Part shown: in pieces, positions 9,091 to 16,159 of the stretch
How positions within the stretch are numbered: the first letter of the stretch is position 1
Layout: every line of letters starts with the position of its first letter
NCBI GenBank assembly: GCA_046074745.1
Contig: JBJTOV010000110.1
Span: 1-32,015 of the forward strand
Source of the DNA: Planctomycetota bacterium
Lineage (GTDB): Bacteria; Planctomycetota; Phycisphaerae; Phycisphaerales; SM1A02
Direction of reading: 5' to 3'
Length of the DNA stretch: 32,015 nt
Position numbers and translations under genes: made by a program
Notes under the pieces: model-generated
What the model saw: only the letters and a program-made list of their open reading frames with translations
What the model was told of the DNA's origin: nothing
The model's database searches: none

Positions 9091-10317
9091 TCAATCGAGC
9101 GGGGCGGGCATGTTCGGCACGCGGCCGTTTCCGCGGCTCGACAGCTCGAGCCTGATCCGCGACGCGGCGTAGTCGCCGAGCACCGAGCCCGAGGTCAGGT
9201 TCCAGCCCCACACCGCGTAGCGATCGGCCTTCTGGTACCCCTCGGGCACGGGCGCGTAGGCAAGCGGCAGCATCCAGCCAAGATCATCGACATTGCCGAA
9301 GCCCTTGACGGCCGCATCGGTCGCCTTGGTCGCCGCGCCTTGACCCTTCATGCGCACGGGATCGAAGGGAATCCAGCCCGCGTCGGGCAGCCAGAACTCG
9401 CCGATGAACCGGAACCGCACATTGCCGCGGTCCTCGTTCTTGTCGGCTCGGGGATCCTGAAGGGTCAGCCCGTACACCACGCGCGCAGGGATGCCGATCG
9501 AGCGGAGCGCCGCCACGCAGTCGGCGGTGAACTCGACCGCCGTCGCGCGGCCCGTGGACAGGCCCGCGGCCGTCTGCGAGAAGTAGATCCCGCGCAGCGA
9601 CTGCCCCGGCCCGAACTCGCTCGTCGACTGGTTGACCGAGCGGTAGCGGGCGCACATGGCGGTCACCGCGCGCTTGGCGGCGATGTAGGGGGTGACCGAT
9701 CGAGTCCCGCCCTTGCTCGCACCCTCGGCCACCGCCTTGATCGCGGGGTCGTCGGCGCGGATGCCGAGTTCGGACGCGAGCATCGGCTGCAGTTCCTTCG
9801 GCCACTCGCGCGGCCAGGTGATCGCGGCCGCGGCGCTCTCGTCGACCGACACGCTCCACTGCTGCACCTGGTAGGTGAGCTCGATGCGCACATCGTTGCA
9901 CGGGCCCGCGTTCACATTCACCACGGCGTTCGCCTGGCGCGTGCCCGGCTTCGTGGCGAACACGGTGGCAGGATCGATCTTCTGCGGCACAGAGTCGACA
10001 AACAGCGTCACCGTCGACTTCGTGAAGTCGGTGTCGGTCCAGGTCGTTCGCGTCAGGACGGGAATCGCGATGGACGCCTGCTTCAGGTCGTACGGATTGA
10101 TGCCGTACACCTGCCCGCGGCCTGCGCCCGTCGGATCGCCGATCGGCTGCTGCGCGTAGAGGTTGACCTCGAGCTGCACATCGCGCACGCGTGGCTGCGA
10201 GCGGGTCACGATCGTGCTCGCGGCCGGCGCGCTCGGGCCCGAAGGAGGCGTCGCCTGCGGCGTGGCCGACTGCAGCAGGGGCGTGGCAAGGGCGAGGATG
10301 AGTGCCGTCGTGGCCAT
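9091..10317 (-). CDS. secreted transglutaminase-like domain protein, apparently lacking the catalytic Cys and His
   Basis: Signal-like N-terminus MATTALILALATPLLQSA. The core has the transglutaminase fold signature ...EFTADCVAALRSIGIPARVVYG...GEFWLPDAGWIPFDP. GGGAG lies 7 nt upstream of ATG 10317. The gene starts 24 nt after the mlaE stop codon. Confidence 0.75.
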   Translation of the reverse strand: MATTALILALATPLLQSATPQATPPSGPSAPAASTIVTRSQPRVRDVQLEVNLYAQQPIGDPTGAGRGQVYGINPYDLKQASIAIPVLTRTTWTDTDFTKSTVTLFVDSVPQKIDPATVFATKPGTRQANAVVNVNAGPCNDVRIELTYQVQQWSVSVDESAAAAITWPREWPKELQPMLASELGIRADDPAIKAVAEGASKGGTRSVTPYIAAKRAVTAMCARYRSVNQSTSEFGPGQSLRGIYFSQTAAGLSTGRATAVEFTADCVAALRSIGIPARVVYGLTLQDPRADKNEDRGNVRFRFIGEFWLPDAGWIPFDPVRMKGQGAATKATDAAVKGFGNVDDLGWMLPLAYAPVPEGYQKADRYAVWGWNLTSGSVLGDYAASRIRLELSSRGNGRVPNMPAPLD

Positions 10318-10341
10318 GTCGTGCTCCCGAGGCGGGTGCGT

Positions 10342-11178
10342 TCAGGTGACGAGCGTTCGGACGCTGGCGGGGTCGAGCCACTTCTGCAGCGACCCGAAGA
10401 ATTCGGCGAGAACGAGGTTGATCACGATGATCGCGAGGAAGCTGACGACGAAGCTCTCCGTCGCCGCGCGGCCGACGCCCGTCGCGCCGCCCTCGCAGTG
10501 GAAGCCCTTGTAGCACCCGACGAGGCCGATCGCGAGCCCGAAGAACACGCTCTTGGCGACGCCCGCCATCGGGTCCCACAGCGGGACGAACTGCGCGGTG
10601 TAGTGCCAGTAGTCGGTGTTGGTCACGCCGTGGAACTTGGTCACGATCAGCCACGCGCCCAGCGAACCCACGATGTCGGAGTAGATCGTGAGGAGCGGGG
10701 TCATCAGCACGCAGGCGACCACCCGCGGCACCACCAGCGTGCGCACGGGGTCGGCCGACATGGCGCGCATGGCGTCGAGCTGCTCGGTGACCCGCATCGA
10801 GCCGAGTTCGGCCGCCAGCGCGCCGCCCACGCGGCCCGCAAGCATCGTGGCCGCTAGCACCGGACCGATCTGCTTGGTCACCGCCGAGTTGATCACGCCG
10901 CCCATCTGCTGTTCCTGCCCGAGCGCCGCGAACTGGTCGAAGCCCTCGAGCGCGAGGATCATGCCGATGAACGCGCCCGTGATCGCCACCACCAGCACGC
11001 TGGCCGCGCCCACCGCGTAGAGCTGCGGCCCGAGCGCGCGCCAGCGCAGCCAGCTCGAGGGCTCGGCCACCGCGATCCGCAGCGCGTACAGGCAGAAGGC
11101 CGCGAAGCGCCCGAAAGCGTCGAGGGTGAGCAGCGTCGAGACCCCGACGCCCGAGACAGCCTGCATGACCGTCGGCAT
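10342..11178 (-). CDS. mlaE: MlaE/YrbE-family ABC transporter permease (lipid-asymmetry type)
   Basis: 278 aa with the typical MlaE core: GPQLYAVGAASVLVVAITGAFIGMILALEG...QIGPVLAATMLAGRVGGALAAELGSMRVTEQLDAMRAMSADPVRTLVVPRVVA. Confidence 0.85.
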   Translation of the reverse strand: MPTVMQAVSGVGVSTLLTLDAFGRFAAFCLYALRIAVAEPSSWLRWRALGPQLYAVGAASVLVVAITGAFIGMILALEGFDQFAALGQEQQMGGVINSAVTKQIGPVLAATMLAGRVGGALAAELGSMRVTEQLDAMRAMSADPVRTLVVPRVVACVLMTPLLTIYSDIVGSLGAWLIVTKFHGVTNTDYWHYTAQFVPLWDPMAGVAKSVFFGLAIGLVGCYKGFHCEGGATGVGRAATESFVVSFLAIIVINLVLAEFFGSLQKWLDPASVRTLVT

Positions 11179-11223
11179 GACGCGAAGGTATACGCGGCGC
11201 GCGGTCCGCCGTGTCGGGCGGCG

Positions 11224-11258
11224 AAAAAGAAAACGGCGGCGGATTGCGTCCGCCGCCG
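11224..11258 (-). terminator. rho-independent terminator after the LTD-repeat gene (minus strand)
   Basis: 10-bp stem 11234-11243 / 11249-11258 (CGGCGGCGGA / TCCGCCGCCG) with a 5-nt loop. On the minus strand it is followed by TTTTCTTTTT (plus-strand A-run 11224-11233). It lies 25 nt after the stop codon at 11284. Confidence 0.65.
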
Positions 11259-11283
11259 GAGGGGGTTCAGGATTCTTCCCGGC

Positions 11284-14223
11284 TTACTGGCAGGGGCCCC
11301 AGCCGCCGAGCAGGATCGCAAGATCCGACGCGTTGGTGGTGCCGTCCGCGTTCAGGTCGCCGCCCGGGCTGCCCCACGCGCCCAGAAGAACCGCGAGGTC
11401 GGCGGCGTTGGTCACGCCGTCGGCGTTGAGGTCGGTCGGGCAGGGGTTCGAGTAGTTGCAGCCGGGGTTCGCAAGGCCCGGGCTGTCGAAGCCGGGGGTC
11501 GTCACGAAGTCGAACGGTCCGATCGTCCAGATCTGCGAGGCCGGGCAGTAGGCCAGCTGACTCGGCACGAAGCCGTTCGCATCGGGGCCGACGCGGAAAT
11601 CGCCGTACGCGTACTCGGTGTTGAGCGGCGGAATCACCGCGCTCTCGAGGAACGCCACCGACTGCACGAGCGCGCCCCACGGGCTGACATCGAGCGTGCC
11701 GTCGTCGTTCGTGTCGAGATCCTGGTTGATCGCGCCGGTGAAGCCGAACACGAGCATGTGCGTCACATTGTCCGAGTTCTCGAACTCGGGGTTCGCAGGC
11801 AGCAGCATGTCGGGCACGGCGCCGCCGATCGTGAGCGTCGAGCGCGCGGCGAGGAAGAAGCCATCCGCGGGGATGACCTGGCCCTGGAGCGGAAGCACGA
11901 ACTCGATCACGCCCGAGCCCTGGGTGGCCGAGCCGTCGCCGATCACGATGTAGGTGAGGCCGTTGAGCAGCGTGCCGGGCTCGCCTGCGATCTCGATGTA
12001 CTCATCGGTATCGAAGCCGGTCTGGTCGATGCGGATCTCGCTCATGGTCACGGCGGGCGGGTTCGTGGGCACGAAGCACTGCAGCGTGGCGGCCTGCGCG
12101 CACGCGGCATCCCAGGTGACATCGCAGCAGGTGACATCGATCTGGCACACGGCGATGCAGCACGCGCTGTCCGAGCAGCCCGGGGCGGCGTGAGCCGTGT
12201 AGCAGCTCGGGCCCTTCGGCTGGTTGCAGGCGTAGGCCGGCGGGCATACGGTGTTGGCCGTGCCCGGCGTGCCGAAGCCGTTGGTTGCGGCGGGGTCGAG
12301 GCGGCCGTTGCCCCACGAGCCGTCGGCGCACTTCACGACATGCGAGGGAAGTCCGAAGTAGTCGGGGCCCGCGGTGGTCGTGGCGTACACGCAGCGGTTG
12401 TCGCCCGCCTTGATGCCGAGGCTGTCGATCGTCTGATCCCACGGCTGCGCGTCGAGCGTGCAGTCGTTGTTCAGGTCGTAGTCGGTGTTGATCAGGCCCG
12501 TGAAGTTGAAGACGACGAAGTAGGTGACCGAGTCGCCGTTCTCGAAGTTGAGCGCGCGCACGGCATCGGGAACTCCGAGCGTGAAGGTCGACTCGGCGAT
12601 CAGCATGATGCCGTCCTTCGGCATCGTGGTTCCGTTGAGCGAGATCACGGCCTCGACCACGCCGTTCTGATCGGCGGCATCGCCAACCACGACGATCGAC
12701 ACGCCGTTCAGCGAGGTTCCCGGGGCACCCGTCAGCTCGATGTACTCGTTCGGGTCGGTGTTGCCGGGCTCGTCGATGCGGATCTCATTGAGGGCGACGA
12801 CAGGCGCGGCGCCCGCCACGAGGCACGAGGTGCGCGCCTGATCGACGCACGCCTGGTCCCAGGTGTCGCTGCAGCAGGTCGGATCGACCACGCACACGGC
12901 GTTGCAGCACACGGCATCGACGCAGCCAGGGGTTGCGTGCACCGCGTGGCAGTTGCCGCCACCGGGGCCGCAGGTGGTGCAGGCCGCGTTCGGGTTGTTC
13001 ACGGTGTCTGCGCCGCCGGCCGGGTTGAACGGGCCGATCTGCCAGGTCTGGCTCGGCGAGCAGCGGAGGATGTGGCCGGGGAAGAAGGTTCCGTCGGGGC
13101 CGACCTGCGTGGCGCTATAGGCCTTCTCCTGCACGCCCGTCGCGGCAGGGTTCACGAATGCGACCGAGTCGAGCACCTCGCTCCACGGCGTCGAATCGAG
13201 CACGCCGTCGTCGTTGGTGTCGAGGTCGGTGTTGAGGGCGCCCGTGAAGTTGCGCACCAGGAGGTGCGTGACGACATCGGTGTTCTCAAAGTTGAGCAGG
13301 TTCGCGACCGCGTAGCTCGGAACGCCGATCGTCATCGTGGTTTCGGCGGCCACGAACAGTCCGTTCGCGCCGATCACCCTGCCAGTGAGAGGAACCGCGA
13401 CCTCGATGAAGCCCGACGGCGAGGTGCCCGACGAACCGTCGCCGAGAACGATGTAGGTCAGGTCGTTCAGGCTGGCGCCCGCGCCGCCCTTGAGCTCGAA
13501 GTACTCGTTGTTGTCGGTGCCGGTTTCGTCGACGCGGATCTCGTTGATGATGATGCCCTGCGGAACGCAGGTCTGGTTCGCGGCGCCCGGCGAATCGACG
13601 CCGGCGAAAGGATCGACGGTGCCGAGGTTCCACTGCGAGGTGTTCGCGCACAGCCACGCGGCCGAAGGCTGCAGGCCCGCGTCTGGGCCGATGGTGGTGG
13701 TCGAGTAGAAGTACTCGCTGTTGATGCCGTCGGGCGAAGGCGTCGCCACGACCGCCAGGCTCGAGACCACCGAGGTCCACGGCGTTGCGTCGAGCACGCC
13801 GTCGTTGTTCGTGTCGAGGTCCTGGCCGAGCGAGCCCGTGAAGCCGCGCACCACGAGCACCGTCAGGTTGTCGCCGCCCTCGAGGTTGAGCGAAGTGGCG
13901 AGGTTCGGCGTGGCGAGCGAGAGGGTCGGCTCGCCGACCACGAAGAACCCGCTCGAAGCGACCGACTGGCCCGCGAGGCTGACCACCATCTCGATGGTGC
14001 CGCTCTGCTGGCCGGGCAGCGCAAAGTCGTCGTCGCCGATCACGATGATCGACACATCGTTGAGCGACTCGCCGGCCGCGCCCGCGAGCTCGATGTACTC
14101 GTCGAGGTCCGCGCCCGGCTGCTCGATGCGAAGTTCGTTCAGGCGCAGCGGTGCGTCGGCCGAAGCGACGGCTGCGACGAGCGACGAAAGACATGCCATG
14201 CCGATGAGGTGCGTTCGACGCAT
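11284..14223 (-). CDS. secreted protein of four lamin-tail-domain (LTD) modules with two Cys-rich modules and a C-terminal dockerin-like tail
   Basis: I chose ATG 14223 because AGGAG lies 8 nt upstream and it gives the Sec signal MRRTHLIGMACLSSLVAAVASA/DA. The track start 14532 adds 103 residues of non-coding-looking sequence. The LTD signature occurs four times: LNELRIEQPGADLDEYIELAG, INEIRVDETGTDNNEYFELKG, LNEIRIDEPGNTDPNEYIELTG, MSEIRIDQTGFDTDEYIEIAG. Each is followed by ...FEN.D.VT..V..FTG....DLDTNDDG.LD..PW. The C-terminus is DLNADGVTNAADLAVLLGAWG..DLNADGTTNASDLAILLGGWGPCQ. Confidence 0.85.
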   Translation of the reverse strand: MRRTHLIGMACLSSLVAAVASADAPLRLNELRIEQPGADLDEYIELAGAAGESLNDVSIIVIGDDDFALPGQQSGTIEMVVSLAGQSVASSGFFVVGEPTLSLATPNLATSLNLEGGDNLTVLVVRGFTGSLGQDLDTNNDGVLDATPWTSVVSSLAVVATPSPDGINSEYFYSTTTIGPDAGLQPSAAWLCANTSQWNLGTVDPFAGVDSPGAANQTCVPQGIIINEIRVDETGTDNNEYFELKGGAGASLNDLTYIVLGDGSSGTSPSGFIEVAVPLTGRVIGANGLFVAAETTMTIGVPSYAVANLLNFENTDVVTHLLVRNFTGALNTDLDTNDDGVLDSTPWSEVLDSVAFVNPAATGVQEKAYSATQVGPDGTFFPGHILRCSPSQTWQIGPFNPAGGADTVNNPNAACTTCGPGGGNCHAVHATPGCVDAVCCNAVCVVDPTCCSDTWDQACVDQARTSCLVAGAAPVVALNEIRIDEPGNTDPNEYIELTGAPGTSLNGVSIVVVGDAADQNGVVEAVISLNGTTMPKDGIMLIAESTFTLGVPDAVRALNFENGDSVTYFVVFNFTGLINTDYDLNNDCTLDAQPWDQTIDSLGIKAGDNRCVYATTTAGPDYFGLPSHVVKCADGSWGNGRLDPAATNGFGTPGTANTVCPPAYACNQPKGPSCYTAHAAPGCSDSACCIAVCQIDVTCCDVTWDAACAQAATLQCFVPTNPPAVTMSEIRIDQTGFDTDEYIEIAGEPGTLLNGLTYIVIGDGSATQGSGVIEFVLPLQGQVIPADGFFLAARSTLTIGGAVPDMLLPANPEFENSDNVTHMLVFGFTGAINQDLDTNDDGTLDVSPWGALVQSVAFLESAVIPPLNTEYAYGDFRVGPDANGFVPSQLAYCPASQIWTIGPFDFVTTPGFDSPGLANPGCNYSNPCPTDLNADGVTNAADLAVLLGAWGSPGGDLNADGTTNASDLAILLGGWGPCQ
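11287..11442 (-). other. dockerin-like pair of EF-hand-type Ca-binding repeats at the C-terminus of the LTD protein
   Basis: CPTDLNADGVTNAADLAVLLGAWGSPGGDLNADGTTNASDLAILLGGWGPCQ. This is two D-x-N-x-D-G-x(5)-D-L-x(2)-L-L-x(2)-W-G repeats ending in Gly-Pro-Cys. Confidence 0.7.
12076..12246 (-). other. Cys-rich module, copy 2 in the LTD protein (11 Cys)
   Basis: CPPAYACNQPKGPSCYTAHAAPGCSDSACCIAVCQIDVTCCDVTWDAACAQAATLQC. I verified the boundary Cys codons on the DNA. Confidence 0.8.
12823..12981 (-). other. Cys-rich module, copy 1 in the LTD protein (11 Cys)
   Basis: CTTCGPGGGNCHAVHATPGCVDAVCCNAVCVVDPTCCSDTWDQACVDQARTSC. I verified the boundary Cys codons on the DNA. Confidence 0.8.
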
Positions 14224-14463
14224 CGGAATCAGACTCCTGCTCTGTGGAGCGCTTCGTCGGAGACAAGGACTTCCGCATCGCCCAGCGCGATGCGGCTCAT
14301 CGATCTCGTCGGAATCGCCATGAATCTCGGACTGCCCACGAAGGGGCGGGGGAACGGTCGAGTGTACGACAGGGTTCGACAAAGTCGAATCGGACACCGA
14401 ATCGCGGAAGTTTTTCGCACCGCCTGAACCCTCGGATGGTCCGCGGAAGGGCTGTGCGAACGC

Positions 14464-14504
14464 TTGAAAAGCGCGCCGGGCGCCCCGAAAGAGGGCGCCC
14501 GGCG
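14464..14504 (-). terminator. rho-independent terminator after the OmpA-like gene (minus strand)
   Basis: Perfect 12-bp stem CGCCGGGCGCCC / GGGCGCCCGGCG (14474-14485 and 14493-14504) with a 7-nt loop. On the minus strand it is followed by CGCTTTTC. It lies 52 nt after the stop codon at 14556. Confidence 0.65.
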
Positions 14505-14555
14505 ACGGTTCTCGGCAGCGCATGTCTCGCATTCACGCGGACTTGCGCGGAAGCA

Positions 14556-15404
14556 TCACTTGAAATTCTCGGGCTCGGTCGAGCCGGTACCCGCGTTCAC
14601 CGTTGCCGGCGCGGTGGTCGTGGTCGTTCCCTCGAGGGCGTTCGCAGGCATCGGAACCAGGAACACCTCGACGCGGCGGTTCTGCTCGGCGCCGCGGTTG
14701 CCGTTCGTGGCGATCGGGCGGAACTCGCCGTAGCCCGCGACCATGAAGCGGTTCGACGAGACGCCGTCGCCGACGAGCGCCTCGCGCACCGCGATGGCGC
14801 GGTGGGCCGACAGGTGCACATTGGTCGGGTGCTGCTGCATGGTCGAGCTGCGGCGGATCGGCACATTGTCGGTGTGGCCGACGACGCGCACCTCGAGGTC
14901 GGTCGCGGCGCCCGAGTTCAGGATGCTCGCGAACTGCTTCAGCACGGTCGAGGCCTTGCCGGTCAGCTTCGCGCTGCCGAGGTCGAAGGTGACATCGCTC
15001 TTGAAGCGCAGCATGCCGCGCTTCGCGTCGAACTCGAACAGCTCGGGGTTGTCCTCGGCGAGCTTGGTGAGCGCGTCGTTCACCGACTCGGGAAGCGGGC
15101 TCAGGTTGTTGACCTGCGCGAGCAGCTCCTCGTAGCGCTTCTGCAGCGCATCGAGCGTGCCCTTGTCGCCGCCGACGAGTTCACGCGCGCGCTTCAGGTC
15201 CGCGGCGGCCTCGGCCAGCTGCTTGCGCAGCATGTCCTCGTTGGCGCGCGAGGTGTCGAGCTCGCCCTGCATGGTCAGGAGCTGCTGCTCCTTGCTGCGG
15301 TACGCGCTCATGAGGTCGTCGTACTGGTTCTGCGGCACGCAGCCGGTGAGGGCGGCGAAAGACGCACCGAGGGTGATGAGAGTGGTGAGGGTTGCAGTGC
15401 GCAT
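14556..15404 (-). CDS. OmpA/MotB-domain lipoprotein with a coiled-coil spacer (peptidoglycan-associated)
   Basis: Lipoprotein signal MRTATLTTLITLGASFAALTG/C (lipobox LTGC). A heptad-like Q/E/L-rich region follows. The C-terminal OmpA-like domain reads FDLGSAKL......VRVVGHTDNVPI...NVHLSAHRAIAVREAL...GVSSNRFMVAGYGEFRPIA....GAEQNRRVEVFLV. Confidence 0.88.
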   Translation of the reverse strand: MRTATLTTLITLGASFAALTGCVPQNQYDDLMSAYRSKEQQLLTMQGELDTSRANEDMLRKQLAEAAADLKRARELVGGDKGTLDALQKRYEELLAQVNNLSPLPESVNDALTKLAEDNPELFEFDAKRGMLRFKSDVTFDLGSAKLTGKASTVLKQFASILNSGAATDLEVRVVGHTDNVPIRRSSTMQQHPTNVHLSAHRAIAVREALVGDGVSSNRFMVAGYGEFRPIATNGNRGAEQNRRVEVFLVPMPANALEGTTTTTAPATVNAGTGSTEPENFK

Positions 15405-15572
15405 GGCTTCCGGGCTTCCTACTTCAAAATCCTTTTTGAACGGAAATGCGGCACCGCGCGACGCCCCAGGGCTCTGCCGAGTCGTGCGGGAATTCTCCGT
15501 AACTCCTTCGGGTCAGACCGACGCGCGGAGTGTACGGATTTCCGTCGATGCGTGGGGAGGGGCGCGCGGATT

Positions 15573-16022
15573 TCAGCGGCCGCGCGCGCGGCCGCCGATG
15601 CGCGGCTGGAGCTGGCTCGGGCTGAACGCCTCGTCGAACTCGAACACGCTGCTGAAGTCGTCGAGCGAGTCCTCGGCGGTCTTCGACATCACCCCGCCCT
15701 CGATCATGGCGTAGACGATGCGGCCGAAATCATCGGTGCGGCGGATGTGCCAGCAGCGCAGCACGACGGGAGCCAGCATGCCGTACTGCTCGATGGCGAA
15801 GTCACGCAGGCCGAGGCACAACTGCTGTCCCGTCACATGGTTGGAGTCGGGGTCGCCCGCCGACATCCCCATCCCGCCGTCGAGCTGCTGCCTGGCGTGG
15901 GTGTGCACGCGGTCGACCGTGTGGGCCAGGCCTCCGCGGACGAAGTCGAACGCCTCGGGCGGATAGTTGCCAGCCGAGGCGATGATCTGCTTCCAGTCGA
16001 TCTGGGTGGTCGCGGGGTCCAC
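15573..16022 (-). CDS. small conserved hypothetical protein resembling the PVC-restricted Minf_1886 (TIGR04138-like) family
   Basis: 149 aa with a GTG start at 16022 and GGAG 6 nt upstream. The block HVTGQQLCLGLRDFAIEQYGMLAPVVLRCWHIRRTDDFGRIVYAMIEGGVMSKTAEDSLDDFSSVFEFDEAF matches my memory of that family. This is not verified by a search. Confidence 0.65.
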   Translation of the reverse strand: MDPATTQIDWKQIIASAGNYPPEAFDFVRGGLAHTVDRVHTHARQQLDGGMGMSAGDPDSNHVTGQQLCLGLRDFAIEQYGMLAPVVLRCWHIRRTDDFGRIVYAMIEGGVMSKTAEDSLDDFSSVFEFDEAFSPSQLQPRIGGRARGR

Positions 16023-16159
16023 TGCGTGCTCCGAGGCGCTGGGAACGGCGGCCGCCGCCCTGAGTGCGCGCGATTGTATCGGCGCGGCGGCGCGATACCC
16101 TCAAATTCGCCCCGATTCGCCGCGATCCCGACGCGCCCGCTTCGGCTACCTTCCCGTGC

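Larger units (their letters stand above)
11458..14151 (-). repeat. four tandem intragenic repeats of ~190 codons each (the LTD modules)
   Basis: Module spans by my residue count: 13567-14151, 12982-13557, 12247-12804, 11458-12054. Similarity is visible at the DNA level, for example the recurring (G/C)AGCTCGA(T/A)GTACTCGT blocks near 14088, 13494 and 12735 and a variant near 11990. Confidence 0.8.

Noticed and set aside
14361-14368. 8-mer CGTACACT (minus strand) shared by the regions upstream of the LTD gene (14361-14368) and the OmpA-like gene (15529-15536); I considered a common -10 element or operator.
   Set aside because: A back-of-envelope estimate gives roughly one shared 8-mer by chance between two ~200-bp regions. 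Only the LTD copy has a plausible -35 at the correct spacing.
15423-15440. AT-rich inverted repeat TTCAAAA-TCCT-TTTTGAA 19 nt upstream of the OmpA-like start codon.
   Set aside because: The arms are short (7 bp) and made of A/T runs in the only AT-rich patch of that intergenic region. It is unrelated to the 26-bp palindrome at 29266 and too weak to call an operator.
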